This document shows, piece by piece, positions 7,912 through 17,615 of a stretch of DNA of 33,696 nt. Each line of letters begins with the position of its first letter. Position 1 is the first letter of the stretch. Under the pieces are notes generated by a model. It had not been told where the DNA came from, made no database searches, and worked only from the letters and a program-made list of their open reading frames with translations. The position numbers were made by a program, and so were the translations under genes. This DNA is from a virus (Duplodnaviria; Heunggongvirae; Uroviricota; Caudoviricetes), in the IMG/VR virus record IMGVR_UViG_2690316109_000019, positions 1 through 33,696 of that record; one strand, written 5' to 3'.

Positions 7912-9240
7912 ATGCGTATAAAAATTAATAATTTTGGAACTATTGCAGAAGCTGATGTTTCAGTTGGTGGTTTAACTGTCATAACTGGTGAAAATGATAC
8001 GGGGAAGAGTACCGTAGGGAAAATATTGTTTTCAATGGTAAAGGCGATATCTCGTTATCAAGAGGATTTAGAAGAAGACAAAGAGGATAGAATTACATCT
8101 ATCGTAGAGAAAATATATTTTAATCTGCGTAGGAGGATTAATATTGCTGCTACGCCGGAAATTAGAGAGTTATTCAATCCAAGAAAGTTTTATGCCTCTC
8201 TAAAAATAGATATCTCTAAAACTTTGGCTGAGAGAGAGAGTTATCTATATAATTTGATTGAGGAAGGGCTTCTTCCAGAATTGATGGCTGATTCTGTACT
8301 CTCTGATATAAGAAAAATCAGAGATATAATGCTTGAGCCAGATGATGAGCTATCTGCTATCAACCGTGCTCTGCGTAAGGCCTTTTACTCTGAATTTAGA
8401 GGCGAAATTATTCAGAAGGGTAATCAAAATCCAGTTAAAGCATCTCTGGAAGTTGTTGATGGTGTTAGTCAGTTAATTGATATTAAATGGACTAAAGATG
8501 GTATATCACAATTTGATTATACTGATGGCTTAGGATATGTCGACGCAACCTATGTTGACTCTCCAAGTATTATGCAATTTCATAATTTGGTTCGTTTTGC
8601 TAAAACTTTATTTGATAGTAATGGTGAATCAGGACGTCTAACTGTTCCATTGCATGTGAAAGATCTATCAATAAAATTAAGCGATTCAGTTTATAATTTA
8701 TTTGTGCATTCGGATATTTTTGATGATGGCTCATTTTTAAAAGAGTCACTGCGTATATCTAACAAAATCAATGCTACTTTCTGTGGTGAAGTGGTTTATG
8801 ATATTGAAAAGAATGATTTTTTTCTAGAGAAGCAAGGCTATAAAGTCACATCGGGTAATATTGCGTCAGGAATAAAGTCTTTAGGTATTCTTGATATGCT
8901 TGTTAAGTGCGGGGCAGCAGTAGATAACTCGTTACTGATTATTGATGAGCCAGAGGTGAACTTACATCCAAAATGGCAGGTTTTCTATGCTGAGATTATT
9001 TGTGAGTTAGTGTCTATGGGGGTTGATATAATAATTACAACACATAGCCCGTATATTATTGATGCTCTTAAACATTATAGCGATAAAATTGGGATTGAAA
9101 ATCGGTTCTATATAAGCGAGCGATTCCCTGGGGAAGAGTTTACATCTTTTGTTGATATTACTGATAATGTTGCATATGCAATTAATCTTTTGGCATCACC
9201 ATTAAAAGAATTGAATCAGGAGTATTTGGATGATTTCTAA
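7912..9240 (+). CDS. ABC-type (AAA_15/AAA_21-like) ATPase, candidate defence-system component
   Basis: 442 aa; Walker A 'GENDTGKST' at residues 26-34; ABC-signature-like 'VTSGNIASG'; Walker B 'LLIIDEPEVNLHP'; H-loop 'IITTHSPYIID'; about 300 residues inserted between Walker A and Walker B, as in SMC/RecF-like defence ATPases; AT-rich relative to the phage backbone. Confidence 0.85.
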   Translation: MRIKINNFGTIAEADVSVGGLTVITGENDTGKSTVGKILFSMVKAISRYQEDLEEDKEDRITSIVEKIYFNLRRRINIAATPEIRELFNPRKFYASLKIDISKTLAERESYLYNLIEEGLLPELMADSVLSDIRKIRDIMLEPDDELSAINRALRKAFYSEFRGEIIQKGNQNPVKASLEVVDGVSQLIDIKWTKDGISQFDYTDGLGYVDATYVDSPSIMQFHNLVRFAKTLFDSNGESGRLTVPLHVKDLSIKLSDSVYNLFVHSDIFDDGSFLKESLRISNKINATFCGEVVYDIEKNDFFLEKQGYKVTSGNIASGIKSLGILDMLVKCGAAVDNSLLIIDEPEVNLHPKWQVFYAEIICELVSMGVDIIITTHSPYIIDALKHYSDKIGIENRFYISERFPGEEFTSFVDITDNVAYAINLLASPLKELNQEYLDDF

Positions 9241-9847
9241 TGAGGAACTTGTTTTTAGAAAACTGTGTGAAGTATACCCTGATTCAATGGTTGATGTAAC
9301 CGGATTAAGCTACAATGATGCAGGGGCTCGGAATTTTATTATTTGTGATTCGAAGGGCTTTAACTATGATACGGTGTTAAATTGCTCGCCTGTTTATAAG
9401 CGTGAGTTTAAAGAAAAATCACCGGATGCTTTATTTTTATATGAAGATAAATTGTACTTCATTGAATTTAAAGAAGGACGTTCACAAAAGGATGATATAA
9501 GGTTGAAAATACATGAAGGTGTTACGACTTTATTTCATTTTGTATGTAAACACCTTCCAGAGTTGACAAGGCAAAATTTTGTAGAGCTTAATTTAAATTA
9601 TGCTGTCGTTTGTAGAGCTAGTGGACATAGAGATATGCGCAGTTCGGCAATGATTGCTGCTCTTGAGAACTCAAGTCAGCGATACAGCTTGAAAAATCTT
9701 GAGGGATTTATAATCAAGAAAACAGCAGTCATGGAGGAGCCTCAACAAATATTGAAGTTCCTTAACAAAATAAGTGCCGGAAAAGTAACATCGATTACTG
9801 TGTTTGAACACTTGGGGCAAACAGAAACGTTTTGCCTATCTGCTTGA
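9230..9847 (+). CDS. Partner protein of the ATPase (205 aa), possible nuclease effector
   Basis: AGGAG ribosome-binding site 8 nt upstream; 11-nt overlap with the ATPase gene (operon); possible degenerate HNH-like segment 'CKHLP...NLNYAVVCRASGH' or PD-(D/E)xK-like 'YEDKLYFIEFK'; neither motif is confirmed. Confidence 0.7.
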   Translation: MISNEELVFRKLCEVYPDSMVDVTGLSYNDAGARNFIICDSKGFNYDTVLNCSPVYKREFKEKSPDALFLYEDKLYFIEFKEGRSQKDDIRLKIHEGVTTLFHFVCKHLPELTRQNFVELNLNYAVVCRASGHRDMRSSAMIAALENSSQRYSLKNLEGFIIKKTAVMEEPQQILKFLNKISAGKVTSITVFEHLGQTETFCLSA

Positions 9848-9852
9848 TCTTA

Positions 9853-9876
9853 CAGGCTTTGGTGAGCCAAAGCCTG
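9853..9876. terminator. Perfect hairpin between convergent genes (cargo operon and Q)
   Basis: 'caggctttgg tgag ccaaagcctg': 10-bp perfect stem, 4-nt loop; no strong T-run. Confidence 0.5.
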
Positions 9877-9882
9877 CAGGGT

Positions 9883-10902
9883 TTATAACGAGTAATTGTT
9901 AAATGTTATAACTGTTTCACCTATCCATGAGTTCAATTCCTTCATTCGCGATTGTAGATGCCCTAACTCATTCCTGACAAAAACTTTAGCCGCTTTAACT
10001 ACATCGCCAAATCCTCCCGCATTATTAGGCATCATCCCCATCATTTGCGGGGGGACTCGATGGGCACTCATTAGATCTTCCGCGCTGGCTTTTTTGATAT
10101 TAAAAAAATCGTCCTTCGTCGCCACTTCACTGAGCGGGATAATTTTAATGCCGTCGGCTTTTCCCTGTGGGGCATAGAGAAACAGATTTTTAAAGTTGTT
10201 GCGGCCTTTCGACTTGACCATGTTTTCGCGAAGCATTTCGATATCGTTGCGGTCCTGCACGGCATCAGTGACGTACATGATGTATCCGGCATGTGCGCCA
10301 TTTTCGTAATACTTGCGGCGGAACAGCGTGGCCGACTCATTCAGCCAGGCAGAGTTAAGGGCGCTGAGATATTCCGGCAGGCCGTACAGTTCCTGATTAA
10401 TATCCGGCTCCAGCAGGTGAAACACGGAGCCGGGCGCGAAGGCTGTCGGCTCGTTGAAGGACGGCACCCACCAGTAAACATCCTCTTCCACACCACGGCG
10501 GGTATATTTTGCCGGTGAGGTTTCCAGCCTGATAACTTTACCGGTGGTGCTGTAACGCTTTTCCAGAAACGCATTACCGAACACCAGAAAATCCAGCACA
10601 AAGCGGCTGAAATCCTGCTGGGAAAGCCACGGATGCGGGATAAATGTCGACGCCAGAATATTGCGTTTGACGTAAATCGGTGAGCTGTGATGCACGGCAG
10701 CACGCAGGCTTTTTGCCAGACCGGTAAAGCTGACCGGTGGCTCATACCATCTGCCGTTACTGATGCATTCGACGTAATCCAGAATGTCACGGCGGTCGAG
10801 TACCGGCACCGGCTCGCCAAAGGTGAATGCCTCCATTTTCGGGGTGCTGGCGGTCATTTTTTTTGCCGCAGGTTGCGGTGTTTTCCCTTTTTTCTTGCTC
10901 AT
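9883..10902 (-). CDS. Q: Portal protein
   Basis: 339 aa; positioned next to cos and the terminase gene; ATGA overlap with P; P2 gpQ-like size. Confidence 0.9.
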   Translation of the reverse strand: MSKKKGKTPQPAAKKMTASTPKMEAFTFGEPVPVLDRRDILDYVECISNGRWYEPPVSFTGLAKSLRAAVHHSSPIYVKRNILASTFIPHPWLSQQDFSRFVLDFLVFGNAFLEKRYSTTGKVIRLETSPAKYTRRGVEEDVYWWVPSFNEPTAFAPGSVFHLLEPDINQELYGLPEYLSALNSAWLNESATLFRRKYYENGAHAGYIMYVTDAVQDRNDIEMLRENMVKSKGRNNFKNLFLYAPQGKADGIKIIPLSEVATKDDFFNIKKASAEDLMSAHRVPPQMMGMMPNNAGGFGDVVKAAKVFVRNELGHLQSRMKELNSWIGETVITFNNYSL

Positions 10903-12674
10903 CAGTAAAACTCCAGAATGGTGGATGTCAGCGGGGTGCTGATACCGGCGGTGAGTGGCTCATTTAACAGGGCGTGCATGGTCGCCCAGGCGAGGTCGGC
11001 GTGGCTGGCTTCCTCGCTGCGGCTGGCCTCATAGGTGGCGCTGCGTCCGCTGCTGGTCATGGTCTTGCGGATAGCCATAAACGAGCTGGTGATGTCGGTG
11101 GCGCTGACGTCATATTCCAGACAGCCACGGCGAATAACGTCTTTTGCCTTGAGCACCATTGCGGTTTTCATTTCCGGCGTGTAGCGGATATCGCGCGCGG
11201 CGGGATAGAACGAGCGAACGAGCTGGAACACGCCGACACCGAGGCCGGTGGCATCAATTCCGATGTATTCGACGTTGTATTTTTCGGTGAGTTTGCGGAT
11301 GGATTCAGCCTGGGTGGCAAAGTCCATGCCTTTCCACTGGTGACGCTCAAGTATTCTGAATTTGCCACCGGCCACCACCGGCGGTGCCAGCACCACGCAT
11401 CCGGCACTGTCGCCACGGTGTGACGGGTCGTAACCAATCCATACCGGACGTGAGCCGAACGGATTGGCGGCAAACGGCGCATAGTCTTCCCATTCTTCCA
11501 GCGTGTCGACCATGCAGCGTTGCAGCTCCTCGAACGGGAACACCGACGCCTTGTCGTCAACAAATTCACACATGAACAGGTTTTTAAAATCGTCGGCGCT
11601 GTTTTCACGTTTGAGCTGCTCAATGTCGAACAGTGTGCAGCCACCTTTCAGGGCATCCTCAATGGTGACAATCTGCCGCCACTGGCCGTCCGCACAGAGA
11701 AGACCACCGGCAAGGGCGTTATGACTGACGTCGATTTCCACGCGTTCGGCGGCGCTGGCGCGTCCCCGGTTGAACAGTTCACCTGACCAGAACGGGTAGG
11801 CGTCGTGCGCCAGCGTGGACGGGGTGGAGAAATAGGTCGAGCGCAGGTGACTCTGTGAGGCCATACCTGATGCCACCTTACGCAGTACCTGAAAATTCGG
11901 GATCCAGAAAATCTCGTCGACGTACAGGTCGCCGTTATGGCTCTGCGCGGTGTTGGAGTTGGTGCCGAGAAAAATTAGTTTTGCGCCGTTATTGCCCAGG
12001 ACAATCGGGTCACCGGTCAGGTCAACGTCAACCAGACGGGCAAAGGCGATGATGTATTCGCGGAACACATACGCCTGCGTTTTACTGGCCGACAGAAAAA
12101 TCTGGTTATGGCCGGTTTTCAGGGCGCGCAGCAGCGCCTCGCGGGAAAAATAAAACGTTGCGCCAATCTGGCGGGATTTCAGTATATCGCGGATGCGGTG
12201 CTCAAGCCCGGCGCGATACCAGTGCAACTGATAGTCGAAAGACTGCTCAAAGAAAATCTGCTCCAGCTTTTCGATGGCTTCGTCACTGAAAAAATTCTTT
12301 TTCGGTTTGCGACGCTCGCCTTTGTTGCGGTTAGCGACGTTCGGATTAAGGTCTGCCTCGTTGCCGGTCTGACTGTAGCGGTTTACCCGTGCCAGTCGTT
12401 CAATCTGGCGTCCGAGCAGGTCAATTTCCTTGAAGTCACCGCCGGTTTTCTGCGGTTTGATGATGAGCTGGGTCAGCCGCGCTTCCAGGCTCATTTCGAC
12501 ACGGCTGATGGGGGCAACGCTGTCCCAGCCGTCGCGCTGTTTCCAGCTCTGCACCGTCGGGCGTTTCATCTGCAACATGGCGGCAATCTGCGGCACGGAA
12601 AACCCCTGCCAGTACAGCAGCGCCGCCTGACGACGCGGGTCGTGTAAAAGAGTGGTGTCTGTGGTGATGGTCAT
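10902..12674 (-). CDS. P: Terminase large subunit (ATPase)
   Basis: 590 aa from the ATG at 12674 (GAGGT ribosome-binding site), the same length as P2 gpP; divergent from O across a late-promoter region. Confidence 0.9.
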   Translation of the reverse strand: MTITTDTTLLHDPRRQAALLYWQGFSVPQIAAMLQMKRPTVQSWKQRDGWDSVAPISRVEMSLEARLTQLIIKPQKTGGDFKEIDLLGRQIERLARVNRYSQTGNEADLNPNVANRNKGERRKPKKNFFSDEAIEKLEQIFFEQSFDYQLHWYRAGLEHRIRDILKSRQIGATFYFSREALLRALKTGHNQIFLSASKTQAYVFREYIIAFARLVDVDLTGDPIVLGNNGAKLIFLGTNSNTAQSHNGDLYVDEIFWIPNFQVLRKVASGMASQSHLRSTYFSTPSTLAHDAYPFWSGELFNRGRASAAERVEIDVSHNALAGGLLCADGQWRQIVTIEDALKGGCTLFDIEQLKRENSADDFKNLFMCEFVDDKASVFPFEELQRCMVDTLEEWEDYAPFAANPFGSRPVWIGYDPSHRGDSAGCVVLAPPVVAGGKFRILERHQWKGMDFATQAESIRKLTEKYNVEYIGIDATGLGVGVFQLVRSFYPAARDIRYTPEMKTAMVLKAKDVIRRGCLEYDVSATDITSSFMAIRKTMTSSGRSATYEASRSEEASHADLAWATMHALLNEPLTAGISTPLTSTILEFY

Positions 12675-12847
12675 GAATACCTCGCCGTGATGAATACACG
12701 GCAAGGCTACTGAGTCGCGCCCCGCGATTCGCTAAGGTGCTGTTGTGTCAGCGATAAGCCATCCGGGACTGATGGCGGAGGATGCGCATCGTCGGGAAAC
12801 TGATGCCGACATGTGACTCCTCTAATCACTATTCAGGACTCCTGACA

Positions 12848-13702
12848 ATGGCAAAAAAAGTCTCAAAATTCTTTCGTATCGGCGTTGAGGGTGACACCTG
12901 TGACGGGCGTGTCATCAGTGCGCAGGATATTCAGGAAATGGCGGAAACCTTTGACCCGCGTGTCTATGGTTGCCGCATTAACCTGGAACATCTGCGCGGC
13001 ATCCTGCCTGACGGTATTTTTAAACGTTATGGCGATGTGGCCGAACTGAAGGCCGAAAAGATTGATGACGATTCGGCGCTGAAAGGCAAATGGGCGCTGT
13101 TTGCGAAAATCACCCCGACCGATGACCTTATCGCGATGAACAAGGCCGCGCAGAAGGTCTACACCTCAATGGAAATTCAGCCGAACTTTGCCAATACCGG
13201 CAAATGTTATCTGGTGGGGCTGGCTGTCACCGATGACCCGGCAAGCCTCGGCACGGAATACCTGGAATTCTGCCGCACGGCAAAACACAACCCCCTGAAC
13301 CGCTTCAAATTAAGCCCTGAAAATCTGATTTCAGTGGCAACGCCCGTTGAGCTGGAATTTGAAGACCTGCCTGAAACCGTGTTCACCGCCCTGACCGAAA
13401 AGGTGAAATCCATTTTTGGCCGCAAACAGGCCAGCGATGACGCCCGTCTGAATGACGTGCATGAAGCGGTGACCGCTGTCGCTGAACATGTGCAGGAAAA
13501 ACTGAGCGCCACTGAGCAGCGCCTCGCTGAGATGGAAACTGCCTTTTCCGCACTTAAGCAGGATGTGACTGACAGGGCGGATGAAACCAGTCAGGCATTC
13601 ACCCGCCTGAAAAACAGTCTCGACCACACCGAAAGTCTGACCCAGCAGCGCCGCAGCAAAGCCACCGGCGGTGGCGGTGACGCCCTGATGACGAACTGCT
13701 GA
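12848..13702 (+). CDS. O: Capsid scaffolding protein
   Basis: 284 aa from the ATG at 12848 (MAKKVSKFFRIGVEGDTCDGR...), P2 gpO-like in size and N-terminus. Confidence 0.88.
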   Translation: MAKKVSKFFRIGVEGDTCDGRVISAQDIQEMAETFDPRVYGCRINLEHLRGILPDGIFKRYGDVAELKAEKIDDDSALKGKWALFAKITPTDDLIAMNKAAQKVYTSMEIQPNFANTGKCYLVGLAVTDDPASLGTEYLEFCRTAKHNPLNRFKLSPENLISVATPVELEFEDLPETVFTALTEKVKSIFGRKQASDDARLNDVHEAVTAVAEHVQEKLSATEQRLAEMETAFSALKQDVTDRADETSQAFTRLKNSLDHTESLTQQRRSKATGGGGDALMTNC

Positions 13703-13760
13703 CCGGCGTCAGTCAGTCCGGGAAAACCTTCACGATTAACCCTTAATTTCAGGAAAAACT

Positions 13761-14834
13761 ATGCGCCAGGAAACCCGCTTTAAATTTAATGCCTATCTGT
13801 CCCGTGTTGCCGAACTGAACGGCATCGACGCCGGTGATGTGTCGAAAAAATTCACCGTTGAACCGTCGGTCACCCAGACCCTGATGAACACCATGCAGGA
13901 GTCCTCTGATTTTCTGACCCGCATCAACATTGTGCCGGTCAGCGAAATGAAAGGGGAAAAAATTGGCATCGGTGTCACCGGCTCCATCGCCAGCACCACC
14001 GACACCGCCGGTGGCACCGAGCGTCAGCCGAAGGACTTCTCGAAGCTGGCGTCAAACAAGTACGAATGCGACCAGATTAACTTCGATTTTTATATCCGCT
14101 ACAAAACGCTGGACCTGTGGGCGCGTTATCAGGATTTCCAGCTCCGTGTCCGTAATGCCATTATCAAACGCCAGTCCCTTGATTTAATCATGGCCGGTTT
14201 TAACGGCGTGAGGCGTGCCGAAACCTCTGACCGCAGCAGTAACCCGATGCTGCAGGATGTGGCGGTCGGCTGGCTGCAGAAATACCGCAATGAAGCCCCG
14301 GCGCGCGTGATGAGCAAGGTTACTGACGAGGAAGGTCACACGACCTCTGAGGTCATCCGCGTGGGTAAGGGCGGTGATTATGCCAGCCTCGATGCACTGG
14401 TGATGGATGCGACCAACAACCTGATTGAGCCGTGGTATCAGGAAGACCCTGACCTTGTGGTGATTGTGGGGCGTCAGCTACTGGCGGACAAGTATTTCCC
14501 CATCGTTAACAAGGAGCAGGACAACAGCGAAATGCTGGCCGCTGACGTCATCATCAGCCAGAAACGCATCGGTAACCTGCCGGCGGTACGCGTCCCGTAC
14601 TTCCCGGCGGATGCGATGCTCATCACGAAGCTGGAAAACCTGTCCATCTACTACATGGATGACAGCCATCGCCGCGTGATTGTGGAAAACCCGAAACTCG
14701 ACCGCGTGGAGAACTACGAGTCAATGAACATTGATTACGTGGTGGAAGACTACGCCGCCGGTTGTCTGGTGGAAAAAATTAAGGTCGGTGACTTCTCCAC
14801 ACCGACTAAAGTGACCGCAGAGCCGGGAGCGTAA
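13761..14834 (+). CDS. N: Major capsid protein
   Basis: 357 aa, same length as P2 gpN; follows O. Confidence 0.92.
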   Translation: MRQETRFKFNAYLSRVAELNGIDAGDVSKKFTVEPSVTQTLMNTMQESSDFLTRINIVPVSEMKGEKIGIGVTGSIASTTDTAGGTERQPKDFSKLASNKYECDQINFDFYIRYKTLDLWARYQDFQLRVRNAIIKRQSLDLIMAGFNGVRRAETSDRSSNPMLQDVAVGWLQKYRNEAPARVMSKVTDEEGHTTSEVIRVGKGGDYASLDALVMDATNNLIEPWYQEDPDLVVIVGRQLLADKYFPIVNKEQDNSEMLAADVIISQKRIGNLPAVRVPYFPADAMLITKLENLSIYYMDDSHRRVIVENPKLDRVENYESMNIDYVVEDYAAGCLVEKIKVGDFSTPTKVTAEPGA

Positions 14835-14837
14835 CCG

Positions 14838-15581
14838 ATGATGAGTCCCGCACAGCGCCACATGATGCGGGTCTCGGCAGCGATGACCGCGCAGCGGGAC
14901 GCCGCCCCGCTGCGACATGCAACTGTCTATGAGCAGATGCTGGTCAAGCTGGCCGCAGACCAGCGCACACTGAAAGCGATTTATTCAAAAGAGCTGAAGG
15001 CCGCGAAAAAACGCGAACTGCTGCCGTTCTGGTTGCCGTGGGTGAACGGTGTGCTGGAGCAGGGCAAAGGTGCACAGGATGACATTCTGATGACGGTCAT
15101 GCTGTGGCGTCTGGATACCGGCGATATTGCCGGTGCGCTGGAGATTGCCCGTTATGCCCTGAAGTACGGTCTGACCATGCCGGGTAAACACCGCCGCACC
15201 CCGCCGTACATGTTCACCGAGGAGGTGGCGCTCGCGGCCATGCGCGCCCACGCTGCCGGTGAGTCTGTGGATACCCGCCTGCTGACGGAGACCCTTGCAC
15301 TGACCGCCACGGCAGACATGCCTGATGAAGTGCGCGCAAAGCTGCACAAAATCACCGGTCTGTTTCTGCGTGACGCTGGTGATGCCGCCGGTGCGCTGGC
15401 TCACCTGCAACGTGCGACACAGCTCGACTGTCAGGCAGGCGTCAAAAAAGAGATTGAACGACTGGAGCGGGAGCTGAAACCGAAGCCGGAGCCGCAGCCC
15501 AAAGCGGCCACCAGTGCCACGCGTAAGACCCGGAGTGCGACACCGGCAAAACGTGGACGCCCGAAAAAGAAAGCCAGTTAA
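14838..15581 (+). CDS. M: Terminase small subunit (endonuclease subunit)
   Basis: 247 aa, same length as P2 gpM; basic Lys/Arg-rich C-terminal tail. Confidence 0.88.
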   Translation: MMSPAQRHMMRVSAAMTAQRDAAPLRHATVYEQMLVKLAADQRTLKAIYSKELKAAKKRELLPFWLPWVNGVLEQGKGAQDDILMTVMLWRLDTGDIAGALEIARYALKYGLTMPGKHRRTPPYMFTEEVALAAMRAHAAGESVDTRLLTETLALTATADMPDEVRAKLHKITGLFLRDAGDAAGALAHLQRATQLDCQAGVKKEIERLERELKPKPEPQPKAATSATRKTRSATPAKRGRPKKKAS

Positions 15582-15680
15582 CAACCGAATGCGCCCCGCG
15601 CCAGGGCGGCACGCCGGTCTGTGAGGGTGAATCACCTGACACTGTACCGGCGTCCACCGCCCGACTTTTCAGAGGTAGTC

Positions 15681-16190
15681 ATGATGACGCTGATTATTCC
15701 GCGAAAGGAGGCTCCCGTGTCTGGTGAGGGTACGGTGGTCATCCCGCAACCGGCAGGCGACGAGCCGGTGATTAAAAACACGTTCTTTTTTCCCGATATC
15801 GACCCGAAGCGCGTCCGGGAACGTATGCGCCTTGAGCAGACCGTCGCCCCCGCCCGTCTGCGTGAGGCCATCAAGTCAGGCATGGCTGAAACGAATGCGG
15901 AGCTGTACGAGTACCGCGAACAGAAAATTGCTGCCGGTTTTACGCGTCTGGCGGACGTCCCGGCGGACGACATCGACGGTGAAAGCATCAAAGTTTTTTA
16001 CTACGAGCGCGCCGTGTGTGCGATGGCGACCGCGTCGCTTTATGAGCGTTATCGCGGTGTGGATGCCAGTGCGAAAGGCGACAAGAAGGCTGACAGCATT
16101 GACAGCACCATCGATGAACTGTGGCGGGATATGCGCTGGGCAGTGGCGCGCATCCAGGACAAGCCGCGCTGCATCGTGAGTCAAATCTGA
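15681..16190 (+). CDS. L: Head completion / stabilisation protein
   Basis: About 169 aa from ATG 15681 or 15684 (AGAGG ribosome-binding site); the upstream GTG extension is rejected. Confidence 0.82.
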   Translation: MMTLIIPRKEAPVSGEGTVVIPQPAGDEPVIKNTFFFPDIDPKRVRERMRLEQTVAPARLREAIKSGMAETNAELYEYREQKIAAGFTRLADVPADDIDGESIKVFYYERAVCAMATASLYERYRGVDASAKGDKKADSIDSTIDELWRDMRWAVARIQDKPRCIVSQI

Positions 16191-16393
16191 TGAAGACCTT
16201 TGCGCTACAGGGCGACACGCTCGACGCCATTTGTGTCCGGTATTACGGGCGCACTGAGGGCGTGGTCGAGGCCGTGCTCGCCGCAAATCCGGGACTGGCT
16301 GAACTGGGTGCGGTGCTGCCACACGGCACCGCCGTCGAACTGCCCGACGTTCAGACCGCGCCCGTGGCTGAAACTGTCAATCTGTGGGAGTAA
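16190..16393 (+). CDS. X: Tail protein X
   Basis: 67 aa (MKTFALQGDTLDAICVRYYG...), ATGA overlap with L; same size as P2 gpX. Confidence 0.82.
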   Translation: MKTFALQGDTLDAICVRYYGRTEGVVEAVLAANPGLAELGAVLPHGTAVELPDVQTAPVAETVNLWE

Positions 16394-16396
16394 CGC

Positions 16397-16678
16397 ATGA
16401 CAGCAGAAGAAAAAAGCGTCCTGTCGCTTTTCATGATTGGGGTGCTGATTGTTGTCGGCAAGGTGCTTGCCGGTGGTGAACCCATCACCCCGCGTCTGTT
16501 TATCGGGCGCATGTTGCTCGGTGGTTTTGTCTCAATGGTTGCCGGTGTTGTTCTGGTGCAGTTTCCTGACCTGTCACTGCCTGCGGTGTGCGGCATTGGC
16601 TCCATGCTGGGTATCGCCGGTTATCAGGTGATTGAGATTGCCATTCAGCGCCGCTTTAAGGGCAGGGGGAAACAGTAA
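16397..16678 (+). CDS. Y: Holin
   Basis: 93 aa with several hydrophobic transmembrane segments and a charged C-terminus; first gene of the lysis cassette. Confidence 0.85.
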   Translation: MTAEEKSVLSLFMIGVLIVVGKVLAGGEPITPRLFIGRMLLGGFVSMVAGVVLVQFPDLSLPAVCGIGSMLGIAGYQVIEIAIQRRFKGRGKQ

Positions 16679-17175
16679 TGCCGGTAATTAAAACACATCA
16701 GAATATCGCCGCCTTTCTCGACATGCTGGCCGTGTCCGAAGGGACGGCGAATCATCCGCTGACGAAAAACCGGGGCTATGACGTGATAGTCACCGGACTG
16801 GACGGGAAGCCGGAAATTTTCACCGACTACAGTGACCACCCGTTCGCGCATGGCCGACCGGCGAAGGTATTTAACCGTCGCGGTGAAAAGTCCACGGCCT
16901 CCGGTCGCTATCAGCAGCTTTACCTGTTCTGGCCGCACTACCGCAAACAGCTTGCCCTGCCGGATTTCAGTCCGTTGTCACAGGACAGGCTCGCCATTCA
17001 GTTGATCCGCGAACGCGGTGCACTGGATGACATCCGGGCGGGACGCATTGAGCGCGCCATTTCACGCTGTCGCAATATCTGGGCGTCCCTGCCGGGAGCC
17101 GGTTACGGTCAGCGTGAGCATTCACTGGAAAAACTGGTCACCGTCTGGCGTACCGCTGGCGGCGTACCGGCTTAA
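16678..17175 (+). CDS. K: Endolysin (lysozyme-like)
   Basis: 165 aa, same length as P2 gpK; immediately follows the holin. Confidence 0.88.
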   Translation: MPVIKTHQNIAAFLDMLAVSEGTANHPLTKNRGYDVIVTGLDGKPEIFTDYSDHPFAHGRPAKVFNRRGEKSTASGRYQQLYLFWPHYRKQLALPDFSPLSQDRLAIQLIRERGALDDIRAGRIERAISRCRNIWASLPGAGYGQREHSLEKLVTVWRTAGGVPA

Positions 17176-17189
17176 ACGGAGTAAACACC

Positions 17190-17615
17190 ATGAAGAAATT
17201 ATCCCTTTCACTGATGCTGAACGTGTCGCTGGCGCTGATGCTGGCACTGTCCCTGATTTACCCGCAGAGCGTGGCCGTCAGTTTTGTCGCCACCTGGGCG
17301 ATTCTGGCGACGGTTATCTGTGTGGTTGCCGGTGGTGTCGGCGTGTATGCCACTGAGTATGTGCTGGAACGCTACGGGCGGGAGCTGCCGCCGGAATCGC
17401 TGGCCGTGAAGATTGTCACGGCGCTGTTTTTGCAGCCGGTGCCGTGGCGCAGACGGGCGGCGGCTCTGGTGGTGATGGTGGCGACGTTTATCTCGCTGGT
17501 CGCTGCCGGGTGGATTTTTACCGCGCTGATTTATCTTGTGACGTCGCTGTTTTTCCGGCTGATACGTAAAGCCTGTCGTCAGCGTCTTGAGGGGCGGGAA
17601 CCATGTCAAAGCTGA
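17190..17615 (+). CDS. lysA: LysA, membrane protein regulating lysis timing
   Basis: 141 aa, highly hydrophobic multi-pass; P2 LysA size and position. Confidence 0.75.
   Translation: MKKLSLSLMLNVSLALMLALSLIYPQSVAVSFVATWAILATVICVVAGGVGVYATEYVLERYGRELPPESLAVKIVTALFLQPVPWRRRAAALVVMVATFISLVAAGWIFTALIYLVTSLFFRLIRKACRQRLEGREPCQS

Noticed and set aside
7631-7982. ORFs 7631-7879 (+) and 7665-7982 (-) spanning the cos region
   Set aside because: They cover the cos site and the promoter region of the ATPase gene, have no convincing ribosome-binding sites, and the minus-strand ORF overlaps the ATPase start; treated as non-coding
10974-12647. Multiple long ORFs on both strands inside the terminase P gene region (e.g. 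10974-11423 +, 11168-11644 -, 11520-11786 +, 12108-12647 +)
   Set aside because: They lie entirely within the well-supported 590-aa terminase large subunit gene; the sequence here is GC-rich, which produces long spurious open frames; none has a ribosome-binding site or an independent context
12782-15680. Upstream extended starts listed for O (12782) and L (15621)
   Set aside because: The ORF track begins these at non-ATG codons; internal ATG starts with ribosome-binding sites give products matching P2 gpO (284 aa) and gpL (~169 aa)
15152-16322. Several 60-220-aa ORFs on the minus strand across M, L and X (e.g. 14985-15635, 15876-16322)
   Set aside because: Antisense to a contiguous, size-matched run of plus-strand capsid genes; GC-rich antisense frames with Arg/Ala/Pro-rich translations and no start context
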